DNA of 32,000 bases from Alkalilimnicola ehrlichii MLHE-1 (GTDB taxonomy: Bacteria > Pseudomonadota > Gammaproteobacteria > Nitrococcales > Halorhodospiraceae), in NCBI RefSeq assembly GCF_000014785.1, contig NC_008340.1, positions 2,070,001 through 2,102,000 on the forward strand, written 5' to 3'. The position numbers and the translations under genes are program-made. Under the pieces are notes generated by a model that had not been told where the DNA came from, made no database searches, and worked only from the letters and a program-made list of their open reading frames with translations. Every line of letters starts with the position of its first letter. The stretch's first letter is position 1. This document shows positions 7,610-18,095 of this stretch, piece after piece.

Positions 7610-9343
7610 TCAGGGCTCCACGTGTTCCACCACCAGCTGGGCCCGCTCCCGACCCCGCCAGTGGTTGACGTCCAGGCGGTAGGCGAGTCTCGGGGTGGCG
7701 CCGTCCAGGGCCTCCCAGCCCTGGGCCACGCCGTTGAAGGCGATGGCCTCCAGGGGCCCGCCGCCGTCCGGGTGCGCCAGGTTGAAGCGGACATGGCGCT
7801 CGCCCACGATCCGGCTGCCCGTGACCTGGAAACAGCCGTCGAAGACCGGCTCGGGGAAGCCCTGGCCCCAGGGGCCGGCCTCGCGGAGCTGGCGCGCCGC
7901 ATCGAGGTTCAGCTCAGCGCCGGTGAGTTCCCCGTCCGAGGCCACCTCCGCGTCCGGCAGCCCGTCCCGCAGGGCCTCCGCCAAGGCGGCCTCGAAGGCC
8001 TCGCGAAAGCGCGGGAAGTCCGCCGCCCGCAGGTTGAGTCCGGCGGCCATGGCATGCCCCCCGAACTTCCCCACCAGGCCCGGATGGCGCCGGCTGATGG
8101 CCTCCAGTAGGTCCCTGAGGTGCAGCCCCGGCACGGAGCGCCCGGACCCCTTCAGCATACCCTCTCCGGTGGGCGCAAAGGCCACCACCGGACACTGATA
8201 GCGCTCCTTCAGCCGGGAGGCCAGGATACCGATCACCCCCTGGTGCCAGGCCCCGTCCATCAGGCAGAGACCGAGCGGACGCTGCCCGCCCGAGACCGGA
8301 TCGCCCAAGTGGTCGAGCAGTGCCAACGCCTCATCGGTCATCCGCGCCTCGATCTCACGGCGCTCCCGGTTGAGTCCGTCGAGGCGCGCGGCAAGGCTCC
8401 GGGCCCGCCGCGGGTCGTCGGTCAGCAGGCACTCCACCCCCAGCGCCATGTCGGTGAGCCGGCCGGCGGCGTTCAGGCGCGGGCCGGCGGCAAAGCCCAG
8501 GTCGGAGGCCACCAGGCGATCGGGATCGCGTCCGGCCACCTCGAGCAGCGCGCGGATGCCCGGACAGCCCTGGCCGGTGCGGATCCGGCCCAGGCCCTGG
8601 GCCACCAGGATGCGGTTGTTGTGATCCAGTGGCACCACATCGGCCACCGTACCCAGCGCCACCAGGTCCAGCAGCCGGTCCAGACGGGGTTCCGGCAGGT
8701 GCTCGTCGGCAAACCAATCCTCCCGGCGCAGGTGGCTGCGTAACGCGGCCAGGACATAGAACATGACCCCCACCCCGGCCAGTGCGCGACTGCCGAAGGC
8801 CTGCCCGGGGAGGTTGGGATTGACAATGGCATCGGCCGCGGGCAGCGCGTCACCGGGCAGGTGGTGGTCGGTGACCAGCACCCCGATGCCGCGGGCCCTG
8901 GCGGCGGCCACCCCCTCCAGGCTGGAGATCCCGTTGTCCACGGTGATGATCAGGTCCGGATCCTGTTCGCGGACGGCGAGGTCCACCAGCTCCGGCGACA
9001 GCCCGTAGCCGTACTCAAAGCGGTTGGGCACCAGATAACCAATGCGCCGGGCGCCCATGGCCCGAAGGCCGCGCAGGGCCAGGGCGCAGCTGGTGGCCCC
9101 ATCGGCGTCGAAATCGCCCACCACGCAGATCCGGTGCTGGCGGCGCAGGGCCTCGGCCAGCAGCCGGGTGGCCGGGTCGATGCCGGCCAGGTCGCCCGGC
9201 GGCAGCAAGTGGGCCAGGCCGAGCTCCAGCTCCCGTGCGGAGCGGATCTCACGGCGGGCATAGACCCGCTGGAGCACGCCGGGCAGGCGGTTTGAGACCT
9301 CGGCGGGAAGTTCGATAGCGGGACGACGGACGATACGGCGCAT
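7610..9343 (-). CDS. recJ: Single-stranded-DNA-specific exonuclease RecJ
   Basis: 577 aa from ATG at 9343 (MRRIVRRPAIELP). DHH motifs: VVGDFDADGATSCALAL, VLVTDHHLPGDALPAADAIVNPN, KFGGHAMAAGLNL. Confidence 0.93.
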   Translation of the reverse strand: MRRIVRRPAIELPAEVSNRLPGVLQRVYARREIRSARELELGLAHLLPPGDLAGIDPATRLLAEALRRQHRICVVGDFDADGATSCALALRGLRAMGARRIGYLVPNRFEYGYGLSPELVDLAVREQDPDLIITVDNGISSLEGVAAARARGIGVLVTDHHLPGDALPAADAIVNPNLPGQAFGSRALAGVGVMFYVLAALRSHLRREDWFADEHLPEPRLDRLLDLVALGTVADVVPLDHNNRILVAQGLGRIRTGQGCPGIRALLEVAGRDPDRLVASDLGFAAGPRLNAAGRLTDMALGVECLLTDDPRRARSLAARLDGLNRERREIEARMTDEALALLDHLGDPVSGGQRPLGLCLMDGAWHQGVIGILASRLKERYQCPVVAFAPTGEGMLKGSGRSVPGLHLRDLLEAISRRHPGLVGKFGGHAMAAGLNLRAADFPRFREAFEAALAEALRDGLPDAEVASDGELTGAELNLDAARQLREAGPWGQGFPEPVFDGCFQVTGSRIVGERHVRFNLAHPDGGGPLEAIAFNGVAQGWEALDGATPRLAYRLDVNHWRGRERAQLVVEHVEP

Positions 9344-9411
9344 GGGGCAACCAATCGGGGCGAGCGCGCGCCTTCCTGGCCGGATCGCACTCGCAGGATA
9401 GACTTGGGCGG

Positions 9412-10431
9412 TCAGCCTTCCAGGCTCAACCAGCGATCCAGGTCGTGGCGGCGGCGCCAGAAGCGCCAGCGGCCGCCACCGGTCCGGGTCCAGGCCCGGC
9501 CGGTACCGGCGTCCAGACGCACCCTGCGGCGACTGGCGGCCAGGCCCCGGAACCAACCCCGCTCCAGCGCCTCCAGCCAGGCCAGCCAGGCGCCGAGATC
9601 CTGCTCGGCCAGGGCCCGGGCAGGACCGTCGCAGACCACCAGGTGATCGCCATCATCGGTCTCCGGCAACCGGTCCAGGTCGAGCGGCGCCACCTGCACT
9701 CCGGTGTGCTTGCCGAGCCCGATCAGCGTGAGGTCGTCCCCGTGCAGGCCGGCGAGCTCATTGCGCCACCGCAGCGGGCGCAATCGCCCCCCACCCCAGG
9801 GCCAGATACCATTGATCATGGGCCGGCCCTGATCCTGGCGCACCTGGTTGACCGGATGGGTATGGAACAGCATCTGCGCCTCGTTGAGCAGGCTGGCCCA
9901 GCGACCGGCCTGCTCGCCCCGCGGCAGGGCCTCGCCCATGCCGCGGCCGATCACCGCGTGCAGGGGCGTGGTGGTCACCGTGGCCAGCGCCTCCGGCACC
10001 CGCAGGTACCAGCGCTGGGGGGCGGGGGCGCGCAGTTCCACACCGTCACCGGAGAAAAAGCCGTTGAACGCCATCACCAGTTCGTCGGTCTCGGACGGCT
10101 CCGGCAACGCCGGGCCGCCGTGAAAGACGACGATGCGGTCACGATCCGGGTGCAGCATGACCGGGTCGGCACGGAACCAGTAGCCTTCGGCAGGATCCAC
10201 GCCCTCCGCCACCAGGCCCAGGGGGCCGGCGCAGAGGGCATCGGGATCCTCAAGCCGGGCCGCCAGCAGCGTGGTGAGCTCACCGGAAGGGGAGCGCTCG
10301 GCAGTGCTCCGGTTGAGCAGATCGGCCAGCCCCGGAAACCGCCCCAGGACCTCGGGTGCCCGGGCGGCGGCCCGGGGCACCGGGCCGAGCAGGCCGGGCA
10401 GGAGCAGGTGCAGGGTACCTTCGCCGGCCAT
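9412..10431 (-). CDS. RpfE-like / cofactor-independent phosphoglycerate-mutase-related protein
   Basis: 339 aa; LHLLLPGLLGP, FRADPVMLHPDRDRIVVF, NGIWPWGGG, HLVVCDGPARALAEQD. Adjacent to recJ, as I recall for Xanthomonas rpfE. Confidence 0.7.
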   Translation of the reverse strand: MAGEGTLHLLLPGLLGPVPRAAARAPEVLGRFPGLADLLNRSTAERSPSGELTTLLAARLEDPDALCAGPLGLVAEGVDPAEGYWFRADPVMLHPDRDRIVVFHGGPALPEPSETDELVMAFNGFFSGDGVELRAPAPQRWYLRVPEALATVTTTPLHAVIGRGMGEALPRGEQAGRWASLLNEAQMLFHTHPVNQVRQDQGRPMINGIWPWGGGRLRPLRWRNELAGLHGDDLTLIGLGKHTGVQVAPLDLDRLPETDDGDHLVVCDGPARALAEQDLGAWLAWLEALERGWFRGLAASRRRVRLDAGTGRAWTRTGGGRWRFWRRRHDLDRWLSLEG

Positions 10432-10442
10432 CGGGCAGGCCC

Positions 10443-11579
10443 CTACAGGCGATCCGTGATCGCCCGGCGCACGTCGTCCAGGGTGGCGTCGATGGTGCGC
10501 AGGGCGTCACTGGACTGGCGGATGGCGATATCCGGGTCCTTCAACCCGTGGCCGGTCAGGGTGCAGACCACTGTGCTGCCCTCGGGGATGGTGCCGTGGC
10601 GGATATCGCGCAGGGCACCGGCCAGAGACGTGGCCGAGGCCGGCTCGCAGAAGACGCCCTCGCGATCGGCCAACAGTCGCTGGGCCTCGAGGATCTCCTG
10701 GTCCGTGCACTCGTCGAACCAGCCACCGGACTCCTCCTTGACCTTCCAGGCGTAGTCCCAGGACTGGGGATGGCCGATGCGGATGGCGGTGGCCACCGTC
10801 TCCGGGTCGTCGACCATGTGGCCGCGCAGGAAGGGCGCGCTGCCGCTGGCCTGGTAGCCCACCATCACCGGGCGCTTGTCGACAATAGCACTGGCGTAGC
10901 GGCAGTGGCCGTTGCACAGGGTGCAGGCCTCGGTGAGGATGCCCTCGCCGCGCCCGGAGTACTCGCAGTAGCCGATCCAGTGGGCGGTGATATTGCCGGC
11001 ATTGCCCACGGGCAGGCAGTGATAGTCAGGGGCGCGCTCCAGCTCCTCGACGATCTCGAAGGCGGCGGTCTTCTGGCCCTGGAGCCGGTAGGGGTTCACC
11101 GAGTTGACGATGGTCACCGGGGCCTGCTCCGCCACCTCCTTGACCAGACGCATGCCATCGTCGAAGTTGCCACGGATCTGCAGCACATCGGCGCCGTGCA
11201 TGATCGCCTGGGCGAGCTTGCCCATGGCGATCTTGCCGTCGGGGATGAGCACGAAGGCCTTGATGCCGGCACGGGCGGCGTAGGCGGCGGCCGAGGCCGA
11301 GGTGTTGCCGGTGGAGGCGCAGATAATGGCCTTGCTGCCCTCCTCCACCGCCTTGGTCACCGCCATGGTCATGCCGCGGTCCTTGAACGAGCCGGTGGGG
11401 TTCAGCCCCTCGTATTTGACGTAGATGTCCACGTCCTTGCCCAGCTCGCCGGGGATGTTGTTGAGCCGGATGAGCGGGGTGTTGCCCTCGCCCAGACTGA
11501 TCAGGCGGCTGTCATCCTTGACCGGCAGGCGGTCGTGGTACTTCGCGATGAGACCGGTATAACGCGGACGGAACGGCAT
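10443..11579 (-). CDS. thrC: Threonine synthase
   Basis: 378 aa; LISLGEGNTPLIRLNN, VKYEGLNPTGSFKDRGMTMAVTKA, CASTGNTSASAAAYAARAG, TLTGHGLKDPD. Confidence 0.94.
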   Translation of the reverse strand: MPFRPRYTGLIAKYHDRLPVKDDSRLISLGEGNTPLIRLNNIPGELGKDVDIYVKYEGLNPTGSFKDRGMTMAVTKAVEEGSKAIICASTGNTSASAAAYAARAGIKAFVLIPDGKIAMGKLAQAIMHGADVLQIRGNFDDGMRLVKEVAEQAPVTIVNSVNPYRLQGQKTAAFEIVEELERAPDYHCLPVGNAGNITAHWIGYCEYSGRGEGILTEACTLCNGHCRYASAIVDKRPVMVGYQASGSAPFLRGHMVDDPETVATAIRIGHPQSWDYAWKVKEESGGWFDECTDQEILEAQRLLADREGVFCEPASATSLAGALRDIRHGTIPEGSTVVCTLTGHGLKDPDIAIRQSSDALRTIDATLDDVRRAITDRL

Positions 11580-11601
11580 CGGTGTGCAAACCTCGGGTGG
11601 A

Positions 11602-12915
11602 TCAGGAATCGAAACGCTCGACGCGGATCCGCGTCAGGCGCCCATTGACGGCCGGCAGGGCCTCGATCTGTTCGATAGCGGCGTTCATGCGGTGTTCCTT
11701 GACCCGGTGGGTCAGGAAGATGACCGGCACGTCCTCGGCGCCCGGGGCCGGCTCCTTCTGCATGATCGCCTCAATGCTGATGCCCAACTCACCGAGGATG
11801 CGGGTCACCTCGGCGAGCACGCCCGGCTCGTCCTGGGCCATCAGGCGAATGTAGTAGGCACTCTCCACCTCGCCCATGTCCAGCACCGGGTCGTTGGACA
11901 GGAAGTGGGACTGGAAGGCCAGGTAGGGCACGCGGTTCTCCGGCTCCAGGTTGAATTCGCGCACCACATCCACCAGGTCGGCCACCACCGCGGAGGCGGT
12001 GGGCTCGGAGCCGGCACCCGGGCCGTAGTAGAGCGTGGGGCCCACGGCGTCACCGCAGACCATGACCGCGTTCATCACCCCGTCCACGTTGGCGAGCATG
12101 TGCCGCTGGGGCAGCAGCGTGGGGTGCACCCGGAGGGAGTAACCGTTTTCCTCGTGCACACAGATCCCCAGGTGTTTGATGCGGTAGCCCAGCTCCTCTG
12201 CCCAGCCCACATCCTCGGCGGTGACATGGGCGATACCCTCCACGTGCACCTTGTCGAACTGCAGCGGGATGCCGAAGGCGATGGAGGCCAGAATGGTGAG
12301 CTTGTGCGCCGCGTCAATGCCCTCCACGTCGAAGGTGGGGTCGGCCTCGGCATAGCCCAGACGCTGAGCTTCCGCCAGCACCTCGCCGAACTCGCGCCCG
12401 GCGTAGAACATCTCGGTGAAGATGTAATTGGCGGTGCCATTGATGATGCCGGCCAGCCACTGGATGCGGTTGCCGGTCAGGCCCTCGCGCACGGCCTTGA
12501 TGATCGGGATGCCGCCGGCCACCGCCGCCTCGAAGACCACGGTGACGCCCTTGTCCCGGGCACGGGCGAAGATCTCATTACCGTGAAGGGCGATCAGCGC
12601 CTTGTTGGCGGTCACCACGTGCTTGCCGTTGTCGATGGCGCGCAGCACCAGCTCCCGGGCCGGCTCGTAGCCGCCGATCAGCTCAACGATGATCTCGGTC
12701 TCAGGGTCATCGACCACCTGGAAGGGGTCGCTGGTCAGGCGGATACCCTCGGTGCGGCAACTGCGCGGACGGTCCAGGTGGCGGGCGGCGGCGGCCACCA
12801 CCTGGATCTCACGGCCGGCGCGGCGGGTGATCTCGTCGTTGTTGCGCTCCAGGATATTCACAGTACCGCTGCCCACGGTACCCAGACCTAGCAGGCCGAC
12901 TTTGACCGGTTTCAA
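11602..12915 (-). CDS. hom: Homoserine dehydrogenase with C-terminal ACT domain
   Basis: 437 aa; [84 protein letters not shown]. Confidence 0.95.
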   Translation of the reverse strand: MKPVKVGLLGLGTVGSGTVNILERNNDEITRRAGREIQVVAAAARHLDRPRSCRTEGIRLTSDPFQVVDDPETEIIVELIGGYEPARELVLRAIDNGKHVVTANKALIALHGNEIFARARDKGVTVVFEAAVAGGIPIIKAVREGLTGNRIQWLAGIINGTANYIFTEMFYAGREFGEVLAEAQRLGYAEADPTFDVEGIDAAHKLTILASIAFGIPLQFDKVHVEGIAHVTAEDVGWAEELGYRIKHLGICVHEENGYSLRVHPTLLPQRHMLANVDGVMNAVMVCGDAVGPTLYYGPGAGSEPTASAVVADLVDVVREFNLEPENRVPYLAFQSHFLSNDPVLDMGEVESAYYIRLMAQDEPGVLAEVTRILGELGISIEAIMQKEPAPGAEDVPVIFLTHRVKEHRMNAAIEQIEALPAVNGRLTRIRVERFDS

Positions 12916-14135
12916 GAGCTCACCTCCCCTTCCTGTTGTTGGTCGTGCTGACCGTCCCGACGGAACATTTGCTTGATGCAGCGGATGGCCTGACGCGTGC
13001 GGTGCTCGTTCTCAATCAGCCCGAAGCGCACGTACTCGTCGCCGTAATCACCGAAGCCGATCCCCGGCGAGACCGCCACTTTGGCATCCCGCAGCAGCTT
13101 TTTGGCGAATTCCAGCGAGCCCATGTCGCGATAGCGCTCCGGGATGCGGGCCCAGACGAACATGGTGGCCTTGGGTTTCTCCACCTCCCAGCCGGCCGCA
13201 TTAAGGCCTTCACAGAGCACGTCACGCCGCCGCCGGTACATCTCACAGATCTCCTGGACGCACTCCTGAGGGCCCTCCAGCGCCGCAATGGCTGCCACCT
13301 GGATGGGCGTGAAGGTGCCATAGTCCAGGTAGGATTTCATGCGCGCCAGCGCCGCGATCAGATGGCGGTTGCCGCACATGAAACCGACGCGCCAACCCGG
13401 CATGTTGTAGCTCTTCGACAGCGAGAAGGACTCGACGGCCACCTCCTTCGCCCCCGGCACTTCAAGGATGGAGGGCGCCCGGTAGCCATCGAACACGATA
13501 TCGGCGTAGGCCAGATCGTGGACCACCCAGATGTTGTGCTGACGCGCCACCGCCACCACCTTCTCGAAGAACTCCAGGTCCACGCAGGCACTGGTGGGGT
13601 TCGACGGGAAGTTAAGGATCAACATCTTGGGCTTGGGATAACTGTCCCGGATGGCCTTCTCCATCTCGGCAAAGAAATCGCCGTCGGGGAGCATGGGCAC
13701 ATGCCGGATATCGGCCCCGGCAATCACCACCCCGTAGGGGTGAATGGGGTAGGCCGGGTTGGGGACCAGCACCGCGTCGCCCGGGGCCAGCGTGGCCAGC
13801 GCCAGGTGCGCCAGACCCTCCTTGGAGCCGATCGTGACGATGGCCTCGGTCTCCCGGTCCAGGTCCACATCGTAGCGGTCGCGGTACCAGTTACAAATGG
13901 CACGACGCAGGCGCGGGATGCCACGGGACATGGAGTAACGGTGGGTGTCCCCGCGCTGGGCCACCTCCGTCAATTTGTCGACAATGTGCTGCGGGGTGGG
14001 CTGATCCGGGTTGCCCATGCCGAAGTCCACGATGTCCTCCCCGCGGGCACGGGCCGCCGCCTTCAACTCGTTGACAATATTGAAGACATAGGGCGGCAGA
14101 CGCTTGATGCGGGGAAACTCATCGCTCAGGTTCAT
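12912..14135 (-). CDS. alaC: Class I/II PLP aminotransferase (AlaC-type)
   Basis: 407 aa; [71 protein letters not shown]. Overlaps hom by 4 nt. Confidence 0.88.
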   Translation of the reverse strand: MNLSDEFPRIKRLPPYVFNIVNELKAAARARGEDIVDFGMGNPDQPTPQHIVDKLTEVAQRGDTHRYSMSRGIPRLRRAICNWYRDRYDVDLDRETEAIVTIGSKEGLAHLALATLAPGDAVLVPNPAYPIHPYGVVIAGADIRHVPMLPDGDFFAEMEKAIRDSYPKPKMLILNFPSNPTSACVDLEFFEKVVAVARQHNIWVVHDLAYADIVFDGYRAPSILEVPGAKEVAVESFSLSKSYNMPGWRVGFMCGNRHLIAALARMKSYLDYGTFTPIQVAAIAALEGPQECVQEICEMYRRRRDVLCEGLNAAGWEVEKPKATMFVWARIPERYRDMGSLEFAKKLLRDAKVAVSPGIGFGDYGDEYVRFGLIENEHRTRQAIRCIKQMFRRDGQHDQQQEGEVSS

Positions 14136-14346
14136 GGTACTCGCAGCACTCCATATACGGCTAAGCCCGCCCAGCGTCGGATACGGCGCGGAAGGCGGGC
14201 ACGTTAATTCTGGTAACTAAGCGTGTCAATGTACCCATTTGTCGCCCCGCTTGTCATCCCCGGTGCGCGGCGGCCCCGCCCCCTGAAACCCAGCCCCTTG
14301 GTACAATGGGCGGTTGAAACCCCCTGTTACGCGGAGACCCCGGCCA

Positions 14347-14721
14347 ATGAAGATCACTCAGGAGTACGGCACCGCCCGCTACCGCATACGCGCCTACCAG
14401 CCGGGCGAGGTACAGATCAACGACCAGTGCCACCGCAACAGCCTGATCCTGGGCCTGGAGTCGCTGATCACCGACTGGGGGCCGGAGTCGCTGGACGAGC
14501 TCACCGCCGAGCACATGGAGGCGGTGCTCAGCCTGGCCCCCGAGGTCATCATCCTGGGCACCGGCGAGCGCCAGCGCTTCCCGTCCAGGGAGATCATGCT
14601 GCCGCTGCTGCGCGAGGGCATCGGGGTGGAGGTGATGGCCAACGATGCCGCCTGCCGGACTTACAACATCCTGATGAGTGAGGACCGGCGCGTGGCCCTG
14701 GCGCTGATCCTCACCGACTGA
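14347..14721 (+). CDS. Mth938-like / DUF498-domain protein
   Basis: 124 aa from ATG 14347; LAPEVIILGTGERQRFPSREIMLPLLREGIGVEVMANDAACRTYNILMSEDRRVALAL. Confidence 0.85.
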   Translation: MKITQEYGTARYRIRAYQPGEVQINDQCHRNSLILGLESLITDWGPESLDELTAEHMEAVLSLAPEVIILGTGERQRFPSREIMLPLLREGIGVEVMANDAACRTYNILMSEDRRVALALILTD

Positions 14722-14756
14722 GCCCCGGTCCCACCGCCGGCCTCCTGCCACCAAAC

Positions 14757-14797
14757 GCAGAGCACCCCGACGGTCGCCGACCGCCGGGGTGCTCTGC
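14757..14797. terminator. Hairpin between convergent DUF498 gene and rpoS
   Basis: 18-bp stem with one mismatch: GCAGAGCACCCCGACGGT-CGCCG-ACCGCCGGGGTGCTCTGC; no U-tract. Confidence 0.6.
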
Positions 14798-14824
14798 CCG
14801 GGTCTGAACCTGATGGCGGTGCCG

Positions 14825-15853
14825 TCAGCCGAACACGGCGTCCTGGGAGAACCCCTCCCGCTCCATGACCTCGCGCAGCCGGCGCAGGGCGTCGATCTGG
14901 ATCTGGCGTACCCGCTCACGGGTCACGCCGATCTCATTGCCGACCTGCTCCAGCGTCGCCCGATCATGGCCGTTGAGACCGAAGCGGCGCTCCACCACCG
15001 CCCGCTGTTTCTCGGTCAGCTCACCCAGCCAGGCCTCCAAGTTGCCAAAGACATCGCCGTCCTGAAGCGCGGAGACCGGGTCGACGTTGTTTTCATCCGG
15101 GATGGCGTCGAGCAGCACCCGATCCGCATCACGGCCGATGGGCACGTCCACCGAGGTGGTGCCCTCATTGAGCCCCCGCATCCGGCGCACGTCCTCCACA
15201 TCACGGCCCATATGGTCGGCGATCTCCTCCACCGAGGGCTCGTGGTCCAGCTCCTGGGTCAGCTTGCGGGCCGCCCGCAGATACTGGTTGATCTCCTTGA
15301 TGACGTGAATGGGCAACCGGATGGTGCGGGTCTGGTTCATGATGGCCCGCTCGATGGTCTGCCGGATCCACCAGGTGGCGTAGGTGGAGAACCGGAAGCC
15401 CCGCTCGGGATCGAACTTCTCGACGGCCCGGATGAGCCCCAGGTTGCCCTCCTCAATAAGGTCGAGAAAGGCCAGACCGCGGTTCATATAGCGACGCGCG
15501 ATCTTGACCACCAGCCGCAGGTTGCTTTCGATCATGCGGGCGCGGGCGGCGGCGTCGCCACGCTGGGCCCGGCGGGAGAAATAGACCTCCTCCTCCGCGG
15601 AGAGCAGCGGGGAGTAGCCGATTTCATTGAGGTAAATCTGGGTGGCGTCCAGGGAGGCCTGGTAGGCCGATTGCGTCCGTCGGCGGGGCAGACGCGGCTC
15701 TGGACGGTTAACGGGTTCGGTCTCGCCGGTAAGGGCCTGGGGGGTATCCCCGTCCAGGCTCACGGGTTCACTACGGTTGTCCCTATCATCTGAATCGACT
15801 ATATCCATGTCCACTGCTGGTTCCTCTGCATCAAGCCTTGTGAGATCCGCCAT
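14825..15853 (-). CDS. rpoS: RNA polymerase sigma factor RpoS
   Basis: 342 aa; [87 protein letters not shown]; nlpD upstream. Confidence 0.96.
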   Translation of the reverse strand: MADLTRLDAEEPAVDMDIVDSDDRDNRSEPVSLDGDTPQALTGETEPVNRPEPRLPRRRTQSAYQASLDATQIYLNEIGYSPLLSAEEEVYFSRRAQRGDAAARARMIESNLRLVVKIARRYMNRGLAFLDLIEEGNLGLIRAVEKFDPERGFRFSTYATWWIRQTIERAIMNQTRTIRLPIHVIKEINQYLRAARKLTQELDHEPSVEEIADHMGRDVEDVRRMRGLNEGTTSVDVPIGRDADRVLLDAIPDENNVDPVSALQDGDVFGNLEAWLGELTEKQRAVVERRFGLNGHDRATLEQVGNEIGVTRERVRQIQIDALRRLREVMEREGFSQDAVFG

Positions 15854-16056
15854 GCGATCCTCCGATCCTGACCCTCATATGGCAGACGTTCCACGGTGCG
15901 ACGCGGCGCGTCCGCTCTTGGCTACCCTTCAGCGTGTGCTGTGCAGTGTATTGATGCACATATATTTTTTATGGTTAATGCCAAGCCGAAACTTGACACG
16001 AGTCACTATAGAACCGGGCAACGACCACTTTACAATAATTTTTAGCTATATTAGGC
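15854..16056 (-). promoter_or_regulatory. AT-rich rpoS upstream region
   Basis: Locally AT-rich gap between nlpD and rpoS in a GC-rich window; TTGTAA-N17-TCTATA can be read on the minus strand, but promoter assignment is weak. Confidence 0.3.
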
Positions 16057-16851
16057 CTATTGATTAGTCTTTTCCGGCAAATACCGGGTCGGGTCCACCG
16101 GCTCGCCGTCCCGGCGCAGCTCGAAGTGCAGCCCGGGGTGGTCGGCCCCCGGGCCGTGCCCCATCTCGGCGATCACCTGGCCCCGGCGCACCTGCTCGCC
16201 CTCGCCCACCTGCAAACGCCGGTTGTAGCCATAGGCGGTCAAGTACCGGCTGTCGTGCTTGATGATGACCAGGTTGCCGTAGCCCCGCAGGGCCGAGCCA
16301 CTGTAGACCACCGAGCCGGCGGCCGCCGCCCGGATGGCGTCGCCCTCACGCCCCCGGATCTCGATCCCCTGCTTGCCGCCGCCCCGATTGAAGGATTTGA
16401 CCACCTGGCCGGAGACCGGCCAGTCCCAGTCGATATCGCTGGCCGGCGCCTGTTGGCGGACGGGGGATGGGGTTCCGGTGGACCGGCTGTCGCGCCCTGC
16501 GGTGGTGCTTCCGGTCGCTGGACGATCGCTGCGGGAAGGGGGGGTGCCGCCCCCGCCGGAGCGACTGGCAACGGCGCCACCACTGCGGCCGCCGGCGCCC
16601 GGCGGGTTGAGCCGCAAGCGCTGACCTGCGTAGATACGGTCGGGGGATTCGAGGTTATTCCAGCGGGCCACGTCGCGGTAGTCCAGGCCGTGGCGCCAGG
16701 AGATGGCGTACAGCGTGTCACCGGGGCGGACCTCGTAGTGATAGACCCGGCTGCTCCCGTCGCCCGTGAACGACGGCCAGGAGAAAGTGGTACAGCCCGC
16801 CAGCGAAACCGCCACCAGGGCCACCCACGCCAGCCGGATCAGCCCGTTCAT
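16057..16851 (-). CDS. nlpD: Murein hydrolase activator NlpD (LysM + M23-like)
   Basis: 264 aa from ATG 16851 (MNGLIRLAWVALVAVSLAGCTTF lipobox); YHYEVRPGDTLYAISWRHGLDYRDVARWNN LysM; M23-like GIEIRGREGDAIRAAAAGSVVYSGSALRGYGNLVIIKH. Confidence 0.9.
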   Translation of the reverse strand: MNGLIRLAWVALVAVSLAGCTTFSWPSFTGDGSSRVYHYEVRPGDTLYAISWRHGLDYRDVARWNNLESPDRIYAGQRLRLNPPGAGGRSGGAVASRSGGGGTPPSRSDRPATGSTTAGRDSRSTGTPSPVRQQAPASDIDWDWPVSGQVVKSFNRGGGKQGIEIRGREGDAIRAAAAGSVVYSGSALRGYGNLVIIKHDSRYLTAYGYNRRLQVGEGEQVRRGQVIAEMGHGPGADHPGLHFELRRDGEPVDPTRYLPEKTNQ

Positions 16852-17429
16852 AGCACTTGATAGATCACATAACCGAAAACCAATAGTGCTACTGTCGCCC
16901 AACCCAGTCGATCGATCCAGGCCCGAAGCAGTGGCTCGACCTTGGGTCCGCCCCAACTGACCAGACCCGCCACGGCAAAGAAGCGCGAACCGCGCCCAAC
17001 CAGCGAGGCAACGATGAAGGGCAGCAGACCAACACCCATGGCGCCGGCGGCGATGGTAAAGACCTTGTAAGGGATGGGCGAGAAACCGGCCAGCAGGACC
17101 ACCCAGAAGCCCCAGTCGGCGAACCAGTCCCGAGCCTGTTGATAGGCGTCGTACTGCCCCGCGGTCTGAATCCAGGGCTCCACCAGTGACAACGCGAAGT
17201 AGCCGATGAAATAGCCCAGCACCCCGCCCGCCACCGAGGCCAGAGTCGTCACCGTGGCGTACCACATCGCCCGCTGCGGGCGGGCCAGGCTCATCGGCGC
17301 CAGCATCACGTCGGGCGGTATCGGAAAGAAGGAGGACTCGGCGAAGCTCAGGGTACCCAGGTACCAGGGGGCGCGCGGGTGGCCGGCCCAGAGCAGCATG
17401 CGGACGTAGAGCCAGGAGAAGGGATGCAT
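16848..17429 (-). CDS. yqaA: YqaA family DedA-like membrane protein
   Basis: 193 aa from ATG 17429; GTLSFAESSFFPIPPDVMLAPM, AGGVLGYFIGYF, GFSPIPYKVFTIAAGAM. Confidence 0.85.
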   Translation of the reverse strand: MHPFSWLYVRMLLWAGHPRAPWYLGTLSFAESSFFPIPPDVMLAPMSLARPQRAMWYATVTTLASVAGGVLGYFIGYFALSLVEPWIQTAGQYDAYQQARDWFADWGFWVVLLAGFSPIPYKVFTIAAGAMGVGLLPFIVASLVGRGSRFFAVAGLVSWGGPKVEPLLRAWIDRLGWATVALLVFGYVIYQVL

Positions 17430-18094
17430 CAACGGCACCCACCCAGCAGCGGGACGAAGCTGACCGAGGCGACGTGGCGACGGCGCAGCTCCCCATCCAC
17501 GCGCTCGATCAACACCAGCTCCTGGGGCCGGCCGGCCCCGCCCAGGGGCGCCACCAGCCGTCCACCCTCGTCCAGCTGGTCCCATAAGGGGTCGGGCACC
17601 TCCTCGGGCGCGGCGGTGACAATGATGCCCTGGTAGGGCGCGTGTTGCGCCCACCCCTCGCTACCATCGCCATAACGGACATGGACGCGGTGGAGCCTGA
17701 GATCGCGCATGCGCTGCCGGGCCTGGTCGGCCAACGCCTTGATCCGCTCGATGGTGTACACCTCGACCCCCAGGTAAGCCAGAACGGCCGCCTGGTAACC
17801 GGAGCCCGTGCCCAGTTCCAGCACCCGCTCCGGGATCGATTGCTCGATCAGCAGCTCCGTCATGCGGGCCACCACCCAGGGCTGCGAGATGGTCTGGCCG
17901 TGGCCGATGGGCAACGGCGTGTTGTCGTAGGCCCGACTGGCCAGGGCCTCATCCACGAACAGGTGGCGCGGCACCTCGAGGATGGCCTGGAGCACCCGCG
18001 GGTCGCGGATGCCCTCCTCGGCCAGGCGGCTGACCAGGCGTTCGCGGGTGCGGCGCGAGGTCATCCCGATGCCCTGGTAGCGGTTTGGGTCCAT
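17429..18094 (-). CDS. pcm: Protein-L-isoaspartate O-methyltransferase
   Basis: 221 aa; LPIGHGQTISQPWVVARMTELL, VLELGTGSGYQAAVLAYLG, GWAQHAPYQGIIVTAAPEEVPDPLWDQLDEGGRLVAPLG. Confidence 0.95.
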   Translation of the reverse strand: MDPNRYQGIGMTSRRTRERLVSRLAEEGIRDPRVLQAILEVPRHLFVDEALASRAYDNTPLPIGHGQTISQPWVVARMTELLIEQSIPERVLELGTGSGYQAAVLAYLGVEVYTIERIKALADQARQRMRDLRLHRVHVRYGDGSEGWAQHAPYQGIIVTAAPEEVPDPLWDQLDEGGRLVAPLGGAGRPQELVLIERVDGELRRRHVASVSFVPLLGGCR

Positions 18095-18095
18095 G

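Noticed and set aside
11584-14207. Two long + strand ORFs (435 and 423 aa) opposite hom and alaC
   Set aside because: Antisense of strongly recognisable enzymes; low-complexity His/Val/Gly-rich translation with no domain.
16852-17496. N-terminal extension of the 479-aa nlpD ORF
   Set aside because: A lipoprotein signal with lipobox (SLAGC) begins at ATG 16851; the extension overlaps yqaA in another frame.
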